A stretch of DNA of 48,026 bases. It comes from Bacteroidia bacterium. Its GTDB lineage: Bacteria > Bacteroidota > Bacteroidia > Palsa-965. Positions 1 through 10,771 of the stretch are shown piece after piece. A program made the position numbers and the translations under genes. Location: contig JBIOHC010000030.1 of NCBI GenBank assembly GCA_044448685.1, positions 1 through 48,026 on the forward strand. Direction: 5' to 3'. Under the pieces are notes generated by a model. That model made no database searches and was not told the DNA's origin. It saw nothing but the letters and a program-made list of their open reading frames with translations. Position 1 is the first letter of the stretch. The number at the start of each line of letters is the position of its first letter.

Positions 1-1
1 T

Positions 2-1291
2 ATATTGACCCATTCCGTATGGGGATATGCCATTTTTCTGGTTGTACTTTTTGCTATTTTTCAATCTATCTTCTTTCTTGCCCAGTTCCCGATGAAAGGT
101 ATTGAGACCTTATTCGTTGAACTTTCTCAGTGGAGCGCACGGCATTTGCCTGCAGGAGAGCTGACTTCCCTGTTCGTCAATGGAATTCTGGCCGGGCTGA
201 GCGGGGTGGTTGTTTTTGTACCTCAGATAGCGCTGCTTTTTGCCTTTATTGCCATTCTGGAAGACACGGGTTATATGGCGAGGGTAAGTTTTCTGATGGA
301 TAAGATGATGCGAACCTTCGGACTGAATGGTAAATCGGTCATACCGCTTATCAGCGGCATTGCCTGTGCTGTACCGGCTATCATGAGCAGCCGTACAATC
401 AGTAACTGGAAAGAAAGAATGATTACAATTCTTGTTACCCCATTAATGAGCTGTTCGGCCAGGTTGCCGGTATATACCTTGCTGATTTCCCTGATCATCC
501 CATCCGATAAGAAAATATTTTTCCTGAATATGCAAGGTGTTGTGCTGATGGGACTATACCTGATTGGGTTTCTGGCGGCTATCTTATCTGCCCTTGTACT
601 CAGGTTTATTCTGAAGGCAAGAGAACGCAGCTATTTTATCATGGAACTGCCTTTATACCGTATGCCCAAATGGAGCTCGGTTGGATATACCATTTTTGAT
701 AAAGTAAAGGTTTTTCTGCTGGATGCAGGTAAGGTGATTCTGGCTATTTCCGTCATACTTTGGGTGCTTTCAAATCATGGCCCGTCGGGCTCTTTTACAA
801 AAATTGATCAGAAATATAAGACCCTTTCTGTGGCTTCGCCCGGATCAGATAAAGCAGAACAGGAAATGAAAAAAGCAGCTGAAAAGCTGGAAGCTTCCTA
901 TGCGGGAAGATTGGGTAAGGCTCTGGAACCGGCTATACGGCCATTGGGTTATGACTGGAAAATAGGAATTGCATTGGTCACTTCTTTCGCCGCAAGAGAA
1001 GTCTTTGTCGGCACAATGGCAACCATTTACAGTGTGGGAGATCAGGAAAATACCAAGTCGATACGCCAAAAAATGATAGAAGAAAAAAACCCCGTTACCG
1101 GAGAACGTGTATATACCTTTGCCGTTGGTTTTTCCCTTATGATTTTTTATGCATTTGCCATGCAATGTATGAGCACTTTGGCTGTAGTATACCGGGAAAC
1201 AAAAAACTGGAAATGGCCTGTGATTCAGTTTTTATACATGGGAGTACTGGCATATGTTTCAAGCTTTATTGTGTATCAGGTGTTGAAATAA
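2..1291 (+). CDS. feoB: Ferrous iron transporter FeoB, C-terminal membrane domain; 5'-truncated by the window edge
   Basis: Polytopic membrane protein with FeoB-like gate motifs (GIACAVPAIMSSRTI, LLFAFIAILEDTGYMARV). There is no GTPase domain, so the N-terminus lies upstream of the window. Confidence 0.8.
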   Translation: MLTHSVWGYAIFLVVLFAIFQSIFFLAQFPMKGIETLFVELSQWSARHLPAGELTSLFVNGILAGLSGVVVFVPQIALLFAFIAILEDTGYMARVSFLMDKMMRTFGLNGKSVIPLISGIACAVPAIMSSRTISNWKERMITILVTPLMSCSARLPVYTLLISLIIPSDKKIFFLNMQGVVLMGLYLIGFLAAILSALVLRFILKARERSYFIMELPLYRMPKWSSVGYTIFDKVKVFLLDAGKVILAISVILWVLSNHGPSGSFTKIDQKYKTLSVASPGSDKAEQEMKKAAEKLEASYAGRLGKALEPAIRPLGYDWKIGIALVTSFAAREVFVGTMATIYSVGDQENTKSIRQKMIEEKNPVTGERVYTFAVGFSLMIFYAFAMQCMSTLAVVYRETKNWKWPVIQFLYMGVLAYVSSFIVYQVLK

Positions 1292-1353
1292 TGGTTATTT
1301 GTTCATAAACTGCTGAAAATAATTAAAGCCTCCATCGTATTTTTGTGTCTTAA

Positions 1354-2001
1354 TTGAATCAGGTTACAATGACACAGGTGGAACGGAACAAATCAATTCT
1401 GACGCGCTATATACCCGAACCCGCGGTTCCTCTTATTTCGGAATGGATCTATGTTTATGATTTCAAACTCAAAATAAAAAAAGGCAGAAGCTCCAAATAC
1501 GGGGATTACAGATCGCCAATGCCGGATACCAATCATCAGATTTCGGTGAACAGGGATTTGAATCCATATGCATTCCTGGTTACACTTGTACATGAAATTG
1601 CTCATTTGTCGAATTGGAAAAAACACAAAGACCGTGTCAGGCCGCATGGATCAGAATGGAAACAGGAGTTCAGGGAGCATATGAAACCCTTCTTTCAGCT
1701 GAAACTTTTTCCGGAAGATATTCACGGGGCATTGTCTAAATACCTTCTGAATCCGGCAGCTTCCAGCTGTTCGGATATACATTTGCTGCGTACTCTTAAA
1801 AAATATGATAAAGAGAAGTCCGTTGTTTTTCTGGAGGATATTCCATCCGGTTCTGTTTTTCTCTTCGGGAAAGGCAGGCATTTCCGTAAAGGGGAAAAGA
1901 TCCGTAAAAGATTCAGCTGCCTGGAGCTGGATACCCGCCGGAAATACCTCTTCAACCCGCTAAGCGAGGTCTTGCCGGTGACCGAGTCCTTATTCCGTTA
2001 A
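1354..2001 (+). CDS. SprT-like zinc metallopeptidase-domain protein
   Basis: HExxH motif in 'LVTLVHEIAHL', typical of the SprT-like family. Size is about 215 aa. Confidence 0.55.
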   Translation: MNQVTMTQVERNKSILTRYIPEPAVPLISEWIYVYDFKLKIKKGRSSKYGDYRSPMPDTNHQISVNRDLNPYAFLVTLVHEIAHLSNWKKHKDRVRPHGSEWKQEFREHMKPFFQLKLFPEDIHGALSKYLLNPAASSCSDIHLLRTLKKYDKEKSVVFLEDIPSGSVFLFGKGRHFRKGEKIRKRFSCLELDTRRKYLFNPLSEVLPVTESLFR

Positions 2002-2089
2002 TTGTGAAGGAGCAGGTATTTAAACTGTTTTTTTACCTATCTTGTAATTTCATTTTATTACTTTTACCAGGTTTCCAATATGCCCGTTT

Positions 2090-3382
2090 ATGAGCACTAC
2101 GACTATGGAATCGAAAAAAGATATGATTGTCTCAAACATTGCTGAGCATATCATCGGTTCAGAAATTATCAAGTTGGCTGCGGAGGTCAATGAAAAAATC
2201 CGAAATGGAGAAAAAATCTACAACCTGACAATAGGGGATTTCAATCCTAAGATTTTCCCTATTCCTGCCGGCTTGAAAAAAAGCATTGTGGAAGCGTATG
2301 ACAATGACGAGACGAATTATCCCGTAGCCGAAGGTATGCCTGAATTACGTCAGGCTGTTTCCGCTTTCCTGAAACGAAAAGGAGGGTTGAATTATGCTTC
2401 CGATGAGATTGTGATTGCCGGTGGTGCACGCCCGGTGATATATGCAATTTTCAGGGCCTTGGTAGATACCGGTGATACCGTCCTTTTCCCTGTACCATCC
2501 TGGAACAATAATCATTATACTTATCTGAACTGGGCCAAACAGCAGATTGTTGAAACCAGGCCCGAAAATAAGTTCATGCCCACACCGGCTGAACTTAAAC
2601 CTTACCTGGCCAAAGCCAATCTGCTTGCCCTCTGTTCTCCGCTGAATCCAACCGGAACGACATTTGGGAAAGAAGATCTGGAGCAGATCTGTGATGACAT
2701 CCTGGATGAAAATAAAAAAAGGGAATCAATGGGAGTAAAGCCGTTGTATCTGATGTATGATCAGATCTATTGGAATCTGACATTTGGTGCTACCCTCCAT
2801 TATGATCCGGTAAGTCTCCGCCCTGCTATGCGTCCTTATACATTATTTGTGGATGGAATTTCCAAATCCCTTGCTTCAACAGGTGTCAGGGTTGGCTGGA
2901 CCTTCGGACCCAAGCCGATCACAGACAAAATCAAATCTATACTCACCCATGTAGGGGCCTGGGCACCCAAAGCCGAACAGGTAGCCACGGCAAATTTTCT
3001 GAAAGATGAGAAAGCATTTGATACGTATCTGGATGATATACGAAAAAAAATATTCAGCAGGCTCACTGCATTCCATACTGGTTTTCAGCAACTAAAGAAG
3101 GAGGGATACCGTGTTGAATCCATAGCCCCTGAAGGGGCCATTTACCTGACAGTAAGAATGTATATGCACGGACAAAAAACAGAGGATGGCCAAGTCCTTT
3201 CCAATACCCGTGCTGTGACCAAGTATGTCCTTGATGAAGCTCATGTTGCCCTTGTTCCGTTCTATGCATTCGGAGCCTCTGATGACTCCAGCTGGTACAG
3301 ATTATCGGTTGGTACATGCAAACTAGAAGATGTGGAAACCATTATTTCAAACCTCCGCACTGCATTGAAAAAGCTGTCATAA
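2090..3382 (+). CDS. PLP-dependent aminotransferase, class I/II (aspartate-aminotransferase fold)
   Basis: 430 aa. It has class I aminotransferase-like segments, including 'ISKSLASTGVRVGW' carrying the PLP-Lys context. Confidence 0.75.
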   Translation: MSTTTMESKKDMIVSNIAEHIIGSEIIKLAAEVNEKIRNGEKIYNLTIGDFNPKIFPIPAGLKKSIVEAYDNDETNYPVAEGMPELRQAVSAFLKRKGGLNYASDEIVIAGGARPVIYAIFRALVDTGDTVLFPVPSWNNNHYTYLNWAKQQIVETRPENKFMPTPAELKPYLAKANLLALCSPLNPTGTTFGKEDLEQICDDILDENKKRESMGVKPLYLMYDQIYWNLTFGATLHYDPVSLRPAMRPYTLFVDGISKSLASTGVRVGWTFGPKPITDKIKSILTHVGAWAPKAEQVATANFLKDEKAFDTYLDDIRKKIFSRLTAFHTGFQQLKKEGYRVESIAPEGAIYLTVRMYMHGQKTEDGQVLSNTRAVTKYVLDEAHVALVPFYAFGASDDSSWYRLSVGTCKLEDVETIISNLRTALKKLS

Positions 3383-3412
3383 CCGATCCCATCAATTAGT
3401 TTCTGAAGCAAT

Positions 3413-4519
3413 ATGGCTGGAGAATCAAAATCAAAGAATGAATATGTCGTAATTATGGCAGGAGGGGTTGGCAGCCGTTTCTGGCCCATGAGCCGTACAG
3501 ACCGCCCTAAACAGTTTATCGATGTATTAGGGACCGGACAGACCCTGTTACAGCAAACCTACAGTCGTTTTAAACGTATCTGTCGCAAGGAAAATATTCT
3601 TGTTGTTACCAATGAATCCTATGTAGACCTGGTTCAGGAGCAACTTCCTGACCTTCTTCCTGCTAATATTCTGAGTGAGCCGGCCCGAAAAAATACAGCT
3701 CCCTGTATAGCTTATGCGGCATACAGAATTTTGTCCGTCAATCCGAAAGGAATCATGGTGGTTGCTCCCAGTGATCATCTTATTACCAAGGAAGAAACTT
3801 TTTTGAAAGCCATACGTTCCTGTTTTCGCAAAGCAGCATCGGAAGATTGTTTGGTTACTCTGGGCATCAATCCCACACGTGCTGATACGGGTTATGGTTA
3901 CATTCAATTCAAAGAATCTGAAACCAAGGAGAAGGATAACAGGATAAAGAAGGTAAAGACCTTTACCGAAAAGCCTGACCAGCAAATGGCACAGAGTTTT
4001 CTGGACAGCGGGGATTTTTTATGGAATGCAGGAATCTTTATCTGGAGTGTACAAAGTATTCTGAAAGAACTGGAAAAGAACCTTCCGGATATACATGCGT
4101 TGTTTAATGAAGGAATGGCACTATATAACACTTCCCGGGAAAAAAATTTCATACGGGAAGCTTACAGCAAGTGTACAAATATCTCGATTGATCATGGTGT
4201 GATGGAGAAAGCGGAGAATGTCTATGTGCGTTCTTCTATCATTGGGTGGAGTGATCTGGGTACCTGGGGGTCTCTTTATGACCATATCCATAAGAATGAC
4301 CATGGAAATGCGGTCGTTGGAAAGAATGTCATGCTTTACCAAAGCAAAAACTGCATGGTCCATGTACCTAAAGACAAACTAGTGGTTATCGAAGGCCTGG
4401 AAGGCTATATTGTTGCCGAATCGGATGGTATTTTACTTATTTGTAAGAAACAGGAAGAGCAGCAAATCCGTAATATTGTGAATGATGTAAAAATCAAGCA
4501 CGGTGACCGATTTGTGTAA
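3413..4519 (+). CDS. Mannose-1-phosphate guanylyltransferase (GDP-mannose pyrophosphorylase)
   Basis: N-terminal nucleotidyltransferase motif 'VIMAGGVGSRFWPMSRTDRPKQF' with ManC-like overall length and layout. Confidence 0.8.
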   Translation: MAGESKSKNEYVVIMAGGVGSRFWPMSRTDRPKQFIDVLGTGQTLLQQTYSRFKRICRKENILVVTNESYVDLVQEQLPDLLPANILSEPARKNTAPCIAYAAYRILSVNPKGIMVVAPSDHLITKEETFLKAIRSCFRKAASEDCLVTLGINPTRADTGYGYIQFKESETKEKDNRIKKVKTFTEKPDQQMAQSFLDSGDFLWNAGIFIWSVQSILKELEKNLPDIHALFNEGMALYNTSREKNFIREAYSKCTNISIDHGVMEKAENVYVRSSIIGWSDLGTWGSLYDHIHKNDHGNAVVGKNVMLYQSKNCMVHVPKDKLVVIEGLEGYIVAESDGILLICKKQEEQQIRNIVNDVKIKHGDRFV

Positions 4520-4533
4520 ATTCTTTCCCATGC

Positions 4534-4974
4534 TTATGGATGTGCCTTGTTCATAAGGATCCAGTAATAGCCCAGATCGACTACTGTTTTTGAAAAGCTG
4601 TCAAACTCCACGGGTTTTACAATATAACTGTTCGCTCCTAGTTCATACGCTTTCCGTATATCCGGATCTTCTGCCGAAGAGGTAAGGATTACCACCGGAA
4701 CAGATCTTGTATTCGGATCGGACTTCACTTTTTCAAGTACTTCCATGCCATCTACCATTGGCATTTTCAGATCAAGGAGGATTACCTTTGGATGATGATC
4801 CTTCCGGAGTTTATGCTGATTATTTTTTCCGAAAAGATAATCAATAGCCTCTACACCGTTTTTAAGATGAATGAGCTTATCGGCCATGCCTTGTTTTTTT
4901 AAGGCGCGTATGGCTAAAGCTGCATCATCGGCATTATCTTCAACCAGCAGAATTTCAATTTCATTCTTATCCAT
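4534..4974 (-). CDS. Stand-alone response regulator (receiver domain only)
   Basis: CheY-like receiver with 'ILLVEDNADD', the 'ILLDLKMP' phospho-acceptor Asp region and 'KPV'. There is no output domain. The ORF extends to 5028, but the receiver begins at MDKNEIE, near 4974. Confidence 0.75.
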   Translation of the reverse strand: MDKNEIEILLVEDNADDAALAIRALKKQGMADKLIHLKNGVEAIDYLFGKNNQHKLRKDHHPKVILLDLKMPMVDGMEVLEKVKSDPNTRSVPVVILTSSAEDPDIRKAYELGANSYIVKPVEFDSFSKTVVDLGYYWILMNKAHP

Positions 4975-5171
4975 GACCTGAGTGTTTGACTTGCTTGCCG
5001 GAGTATAAAAGGGTCTTGAGCTTAGCAAAACTGACAGCGATCATAGTTTGTTCACTAACAGATACCGCAATTAAAGGTAATCGTAACTTATCAAAAAAAG
5101 GTGTATTTTTTAATAAGAATCAACCTTATTTTGAGCCTGATTACAGACTAAATCACAATTTAATAACATGA

Positions 5172-6266
5172 ATGACAGATCCTGTGAAGGAATCTCTCCG
5201 GTATTATTTTCAGGCAATTCTTGTTGATGAAGGATTGTTTATTTATACTTTTGCAGGGCTTATAACAAATCCATTCTTTAATCTGTTTTCTATGAACAAA
5301 GGTCCGATCTCACAATTTATTGAAAAACATTATAAACATTTTAATTCAGCGGCCCTTGTTGATGCGGCCAAAGGGTATGAAACACATTTACTGGAAGGCG
5401 GTAAGATGATGGTTACCCTGGCAGGAGCTATGAGCACAGCCGAACTCGGAAAATCGTTTGCTGAAATGATACGTAAGGGTAAAGTGGATATTATTTCCTG
5501 TACGGGAGCCAATCTGGAAGAAGATATTATGAATCTGGTGGCACATTCGCATTATAAGAGGGTGCCGAATTACCGGGATCTGAGTCCACAGGAAGAATGG
5601 GAGCTGCTGGAAAACCATTACAACCGGGTAACCGACACCTGTATTCCGGAAGAAGAAGCTTTCCGCCGCCTGCAAAAACATATTCATAAAATCTGGAAAG
5701 ATGCAGAAACCAAAGGAGAGCGTTTTTTCCCCCATGAATATATGTACAAAATACTCCTTTCAGGTGAATTGAAACAGTATTATGAGATTGACCCTAAAGA
5801 TTCCTGGATGCTGGCAGCTGCTGAAAAAAATATTCCTATCGTTGTGCCCGGATGGGAAGATTCAACAATGGGGAATATTTTCGCATCCTATTGTATCAAG
5901 GGTGAACTGAAAGCATCTACAATGAAATCGGGGATAGAGTATATGGTATGGCTGGCAGACTGGTACAAACATAATTCGGCCGGTAAGGGAGTTGGCTTTT
6001 TTCAGATTGGAGGAGGTATTGCCGGAGATTTTCCGATCTGTGTTGTGCCAATGATGTATCAGGATCTGGAGTGGCATGATGTGCCATTTTGGTCCTATTT
6101 CTGCCAAATTTCAGATTCTACAACCAGCTACGGCTCCTATTCCGGAGCTGTTCCAAATGAAAAAATTACCTGGGGTAAACTGGATATAAATACCCCTAAA
6201 TTTATAGTCGAGTCAGATGCAACCATTGTAGCCCCGCTTATCTTTTCATGGGTGCTTGGATGGTAA
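5172..6266 (+). CDS. Deoxyhypusine synthase family protein (DHS-like); the true start may be the internal Met near 5292
   Basis: 'SCTGANLEEDIM' resembles the DHS 'TTAGGVEEDLIK' region and 'GSYSGAVPNEKITWGKLD' resembles DHS 'GSDSGARPDEAVSWGKI'. The first 40 codons are low-complexity. Confidence 0.7.
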   Translation: MTDPVKESLRYYFQAILVDEGLFIYTFAGLITNPFFNLFSMNKGPISQFIEKHYKHFNSAALVDAAKGYETHLLEGGKMMVTLAGAMSTAELGKSFAEMIRKGKVDIISCTGANLEEDIMNLVAHSHYKRVPNYRDLSPQEEWELLENHYNRVTDTCIPEEEAFRRLQKHIHKIWKDAETKGERFFPHEYMYKILLSGELKQYYEIDPKDSWMLAAAEKNIPIVVPGWEDSTMGNIFASYCIKGELKASTMKSGIEYMVWLADWYKHNSAGKGVGFFQIGGGIAGDFPICVVPMMYQDLEWHDVPFWSYFCQISDSTTSYGSYSGAVPNEKITWGKLDINTPKFIVESDATIVAPLIFSWVLGW

Positions 6267-6308
6267 ACAGACACAAGAACCAAGACACAAGAACCAAGAC
6301 AAAAGCCT

Positions 6309-7724
6309 ATGTCAGCTACAACAGAATCTAAATTCCGTATCGAACATGATACGATGGGTGAAGTAAAAGTGCCTGCAGATAAATACTGGGGTGCACAGAC
6401 AGAACGATCCAGAAATAATTTCAGGATTGGTCCGGAAGGCAGTATGCCTAAAGAAATCATTTATGCATTCGGGTACCTGAAGAAGGCTGCTGCTCATGCA
6501 AATTTTGAGCTTGGAGTATTGAGTGCAGAAAAAAGGGATCAGATATCCAGGGTGTGTGATGAGATCATTGCGGGTAAGCTGGATGACCAGTTTCCGCTGG
6601 TAATTTGGCAAACAGGCTCCGGCACTCAAAGTAACATGAATGCGAATGAAGTGATTGCATACCGTGCACATGTAATCCAGGGTGGACAGCTTCACGATGA
6701 GAAAAAGGTATTGCATCCGAATGATGATGTCAATAAATCACAGTCTTCAAACGATACCTTCCCGACTGCCATGCATATTGCGTCTTATAAGCAAGTTGCG
6801 GCCATCACAATTCCGGGCATGGAGAAGCTGAAGGCAACCCTTGAAAAGAAAAGCAGGGAATGGAGTACAATCGTTAAGACCGGACGAACTCACTTCATGG
6901 ATGCAACTCCGTTAACGCTGGGACAGGAATTTTCAGGGTACGCGCAGCAAATCACGAACAGTATCCGGGCACTGAAACATGGCCTCGAGGCTGTAAGTGA
7001 GCTGGCACTTGGTGGTACAGCTGTCGGAACCGGTCTGAATACTCCGAAAGGGTATGATGTGCTGGTAGCCAAAAAGATTGCCGAATTTACAGGCTATCCT
7101 TTTGTTACAGCTCCGAACAAATTTGAAGCTCTTGCAGCACATGATGCCATGGTCGAATTGTCGGGTGCTTTGAAGCGCAGCGCTGTTGCATTGATGAAGA
7201 TAGCAAACGATATCCGTATGTTAAGCTCCGGACCCCGCTGTGGCATAGGTGAACTGGTCATTCCTGATAATGAACCGGGATCATCAATTATGCCCGGCAA
7301 AGTAAATCCAACCCAGCCTGAAGCACTCACAATGGTATGTGCACAGGTAATCGGCAATGATACAGCCGTATCGGTTGGAGGAGCTATGGGGCATTTCGAG
7401 TTGAATGTGTTTAAACCTGTTATTGCCAGTAACGTGCTGCAGAGTGCCCGTTTGTTGGGTGAAGCCTGTGTTTCCTTTAATGATAAATGTGCCGAAGGTA
7501 TAGAGCCGAACAGGGAAATCATAAAGCAGCATATGGAAAACTCCCTGATGCTGGTAACAGCCCTGAATACACATATAGGTTACGAAAATGCAGCCAAGAT
7601 TGCCAAGAAAGCCCACAAAGAAAATAAAACCCTCAGAGAAGCAGCCCTTTCTTTGGGCCTGGTTACCAATGAACAATTCGACCTGTGGGTCAAGCCGGAA
7701 GATATGACCGGATCATTGAAATAA
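6309..7724 (+). CDS. fumC: Fumarate hydratase class II
   Basis: Class II fumarase/aspartase signature '[13 protein letters not shown]'. Length is 471 aa. Confidence 0.92.
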   Translation: MSATTESKFRIEHDTMGEVKVPADKYWGAQTERSRNNFRIGPEGSMPKEIIYAFGYLKKAAAHANFELGVLSAEKRDQISRVCDEIIAGKLDDQFPLVIWQTGSGTQSNMNANEVIAYRAHVIQGGQLHDEKKVLHPNDDVNKSQSSNDTFPTAMHIASYKQVAAITIPGMEKLKATLEKKSREWSTIVKTGRTHFMDATPLTLGQEFSGYAQQITNSIRALKHGLEAVSELALGGTAVGTGLNTPKGYDVLVAKKIAEFTGYPFVTAPNKFEALAAHDAMVELSGALKRSAVALMKIANDIRMLSSGPRCGIGELVIPDNEPGSSIMPGKVNPTQPEALTMVCAQVIGNDTAVSVGGAMGHFELNVFKPVIASNVLQSARLLGEACVSFNDKCAEGIEPNREIIKQHMENSLMLVTALNTHIGYENAAKIAKKAHKENKTLREAALSLGLVTNEQFDLWVKPEDMTGSLK

Positions 7725-7751
7725 TTTTATTAACTTTGCGTTATCAGATTA

Positions 7752-7790
7752 ATCCCCCATTCGAAAGTACGGGGGATTTCTGTTTTCTAA
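7752..7790 (+). terminator. Rho-independent terminator candidate after fumC
   Basis: Hairpin atccccc-N12-gggggat followed by ttctgttttct. Confidence 0.5.
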
Positions 7791-7807
7791 AACAAGGCAA
7801 TGAAACA

Positions 7808-8488
7808 ATGAGTTTAAGGCTGATCCTGTTCCTGTTTTCATGTTTGTTCGTTTCTGTCAGTAGCCCGGCACAGAATCCGGATTCAATCCGAATTGCCCAT
7901 ACAAAAGATTCTCTTTTCAACGCTTTCCAGAAAAATTCCAAAGCCCCGCGGCTAAAGAAGGATACAATCTATAACCGGAAAAAGGAAGTCATTGTGAATG
8001 GGAAGCGTTTCCGGGTTTACAATAACTGGATGAGTATTGGGATGGGAGAAGGCTTTAATACCATTTTGCCGCTGGCCCAGTCAATTCTTAATGTGGATCT
8101 CCACTTTCATATTTCAGACCAGTATTTTCAGCTGGGCACATTTCTGAGCGGTGACAGGTTTCTCTCCTTCAATAACTACAATGCGCATATTTGTTACGGA
8201 TTGAGAAGAGAAGACACCAAATCCAACAAATTCATGTCTCTGGGCCCTTCCTATTCATGGGGATTCCCTTATTTGGGCGGAGGTCAATATAGTTCAGGCA
8301 GTTATTCAGCCGCTGGACTGTATGCCGAAGGGGAATGGATATTCAAAGTTGCTTATGACCTTGGGTTAGGGGTTTCTGCATTTGCAGATTGGAACACAAG
8401 ACAAACAGTAGGCGGACTGCGTCTGGAATTATTTTTTTCACTCGGTTACCGGGGTGAGCGGAAAACACCTGCCGGGTGGGGTGCCTGA
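7808..8488 (+). CDS. Hypothetical secreted or outer-membrane protein (possible small beta-barrel)
   Basis: An internal Met begins a signal peptide, 'MSLRLILFLFSCLFVSVSSPAQN'. The C-terminal part is rich in aromatic/Gly alternation. The ORF-track start at 7685 is probably too far upstream. Confidence 0.45.
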   Translation: MSLRLILFLFSCLFVSVSSPAQNPDSIRIAHTKDSLFNAFQKNSKAPRLKKDTIYNRKKEVIVNGKRFRVYNNWMSIGMGEGFNTILPLAQSILNVDLHFHISDQYFQLGTFLSGDRFLSFNNYNAHICYGLRREDTKSNKFMSLGPSYSWGFPYLGGGQYSSGSYSAAGLYAEGEWIFKVAYDLGLGVSAFADWNTRQTVGGLRLELFFSLGYRGERKTPAGWGA

Positions 8489-8489
8489 T

Positions 8490-9266
8490 TTAACGAACCG
8501 GTTCAATAATTTTCACTACTTCTTCCAGAAATAAGGCAGGTTGCTCAGCATGTATCCAATGCCCGGCATCCGGAATGGTGATCAGTGCAGCAAGGGGAAA
8601 GATCCGGCGTATAAATACAAGGTCATCTTCGAGCAGATAATCGGATCGCTCTCCACGCAGGAAGAATGCCGGAATGTGACAAGGTTGTGAAGGTGTTGGA
8701 AAATGGCTGCTTACTATATCCATATGAGAGGCCAGCACCTTCAGATTAAATCTCCAGTCCAGTTGTCCGTCCGCTCTCCAGTATAGATTTTTTAGCAGAA
8801 ATTGCTTCGTTCCTTCATCCGGTATATAGGCTGAAAGGCAGACTTGCACTGCTTTGCGTGAACGAAGGCGAAGCGGATCCGCTGCCAGAAGACCCTCTAC
8901 TATCCGGTCATGCCGCGGAAGATAAGTTCGGGGTGCCATATCGGCTACGAGGAGCTTTCGGACACGATCCGGATGATTGATGGAAAATTGCATGGCTACA
9001 CGCCCACCCATTGAATGACCCAATATGTCAGTTTTTTCAATTCCCAAATCGTCGGCTAATTCGAGGATGTCACCGGCCATTAATTCATAATTCCATTCCG
9101 CACTGTGCGGTGATTGCCCATGATTACGAAGGTCAGCAGTAATTACCTGCATGCCCTGAGCTGCAAATTGTTTGGCCAGGGTATTCCAGTTGTCACTTTG
9201 CCCGAACAATCCATGAAGGATCAGCAAGGGATGGCCAGTTCCATAAGTGCGGTAAAAAAGTTTCAT
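8490..9266 (-). CDS. Alpha/beta hydrolase fold protein
   Basis: 'HGLFGQSDNW' oxyanion region and the 'GHSMGG' nucleophile elbow. Confidence 0.75.
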   Translation of the reverse strand: MKLFYRTYGTGHPLLILHGLFGQSDNWNTLAKQFAAQGMQVITADLRNHGQSPHSAEWNYELMAGDILELADDLGIEKTDILGHSMGGRVAMQFSINHPDRVRKLLVADMAPRTYLPRHDRIVEGLLAADPLRLRSRKAVQVCLSAYIPDEGTKQFLLKNLYWRADGQLDWRFNLKVLASHMDIVSSHFPTPSQPCHIPAFFLRGERSDYLLEDDLVFIRRIFPLAALITIPDAGHWIHAEQPALFLEEVVKIIEPVR

Positions 9267-9289
9267 GAACCGTGATCAGGACAAGTAAA

Positions 9290-10003
9290 TTATTTAAGCT
9301 GGAGCAGGTAACGTTGAATGGTATTTTCCAGACCCAGATAAAGCGCATCGCAAATAAGGGCATGGCCAATGGAGACTTCAAGCAGTCCGGGCATATTTTG
9401 CTTAAAATAAGCCAGGTTGTCCAGATTAAGATCATGTCCTGCATTCAGTCCCAGCTTCATCTCCTGTGCCTTAAGGGCAGCAAGTGTATAGCCCTTTACA
9501 GCCTCCTCCTTATTCACCGGAAACCGACTGGCAAACGCCTCCGTATAAAGTTCAATGCGGTCTGTACCGGTTTCAGGTGCAACTTCTATCTGGCTCAGAT
9601 CAGGGTCAGTGAACAGGGAGCAGCGTATACCGGCTTTTTTAAATTCGGAAATAATTTCTTTGAGAAAACTTTTTTCCTTCTTTATATTCCAGCCTGCATT
9701 GGACGTTAGCACACCCGGAGGGTCCGGAACCAAAGTCACCTGTCCGGGTTTAACACGTAATACAAGCTCTATGAAGGTCTTATCAGGATACCCTTCAATA
9801 TTAAATTCTGTGGTGAGCACGGGACTTAATCCTGTCACATCGTCATAACGGATATGCCTGCCATCCGGGCGGGGATGAACGGTAATGCCTTCGGCTCCAA
9901 ATCGTTCACAATCAAGGGCTGTTTTCAGGACATCCGGCACCAGGCCCCCTCTGGCATTTCGCAAAGTCGCTATTTTATTGATGTTTACACTAAGTCTTGT
10001 CAT
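9290..10003 (-). CDS. pdxJ: Pyridoxine 5'-phosphate synthase
   Basis: N-terminus '[17 protein letters not shown]' is PdxJ-like over 237 aa. Confidence 0.88.
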   Translation of the reverse strand: MTRLSVNINKIATLRNARGGLVPDVLKTALDCERFGAEGITVHPRPDGRHIRYDDVTGLSPVLTTEFNIEGYPDKTFIELVLRVKPGQVTLVPDPPGVLTSNAGWNIKKEKSFLKEIISEFKKAGIRCSLFTDPDLSQIEVAPETGTDRIELYTEAFASRFPVNKEEAVKGYTLAALKAQEMKLGLNAGHDLNLDNLAYFKQNMPGLLEVSIGHALICDALYLGLENTIQRYLLQLK

Positions 10004-10045
10004 GATTCTTCGTTCCCGTTAAGTATGTAAAGCTAAAAAAATTAC

Positions 10046-10053
10046 TAACTTTG
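10046..10053 (+). promoter_or_regulatory. Bacteroidota sigma-A -7 element candidate (TAACTTTG)
   Basis: Matches TAnnTTTG, 41 bp upstream of the CBS-domain gene start. Confidence 0.35.
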
Positions 10054-10094
10054 ATAAAGAATAATCGATCCTTCAACCCGGAACAACCCTTGTT

Positions 10095-10757
10095 ATGATT
10101 GCCAAAGACCTGATCACTGAAGAAGTTCCTCCGCTCAAGACAACGGATTCGGGAAGCAAAGCCCTACGCTGGATGGATGAATTTAAAGTTTCTCACCTGC
10201 CTGTTATAAAGGGAAAAACGTTCATGGGCATGATTGCCGATACCGATATTTTTGATTTGAATACTCCCGATGAGGAAATTTGTAAACTTAAAATCCCATT
10301 GGTGAGGCCATTCATTACCGAATCACAACATGCCTTTGATGTGCTTAAAATAATGTCGGAATTGAATCTGACTGTCGTCGGGCTGGTGGATGAAGCATAT
10401 ACCTATCAGGGTGCGATTACCTATAAGTCGTTTGTTGAAAAGCTGGCTTTGCTTTCTGCAATTCAGGATCCGGGAGGAATCATTATCCTGGAAATGGCTT
10501 CCAATAATTATTCCCTCACACAGATAAGTCAGATCGTGGAAGGGAATGATGCCAAAATACTGGCTTGTTATCTCACCACCAACCCTGATTCAACACTCGT
10601 GGAAGTAACACTTAAAATCAATAAAGAAGACCTGAGTGCAATTCTTCAGACATTCTTCCGCTATAACTATACTGTGAAAGCATCTTTTCACCAAAGCGGG
10701 TATTCAGAAGACATGAAAGTCCGTTTTGATCAGCTGATGCATTATATCAATATCTAA
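10095..10757 (+). CDS. CBS-domain pair protein
   Basis: Tandem CBS-like segments; 220 aa. Confidence 0.6.
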   Translation: MIAKDLITEEVPPLKTTDSGSKALRWMDEFKVSHLPVIKGKTFMGMIADTDIFDLNTPDEEICKLKIPLVRPFITESQHAFDVLKIMSELNLTVVGLVDEAYTYQGAITYKSFVEKLALLSAIQDPGGIIILEMASNNYSLTQISQIVEGNDAKILACYLTTNPDSTLVEVTLKINKEDLSAILQTFFRYNYTVKASFHQSGYSEDMKVRFDQLMHYINI

Positions 10758-10771
10758 CTTACTGCCTGACC

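Noticed and set aside
5029-5171. Specific -35/-10 or -33/-7 assignment in the divergent receiver / DHS-like promoter region
   Set aside because: The region is AT-rich with several near-matches (for example TATTTTG), but none matches TAnnTTTG exactly, so no promoter feature was called.
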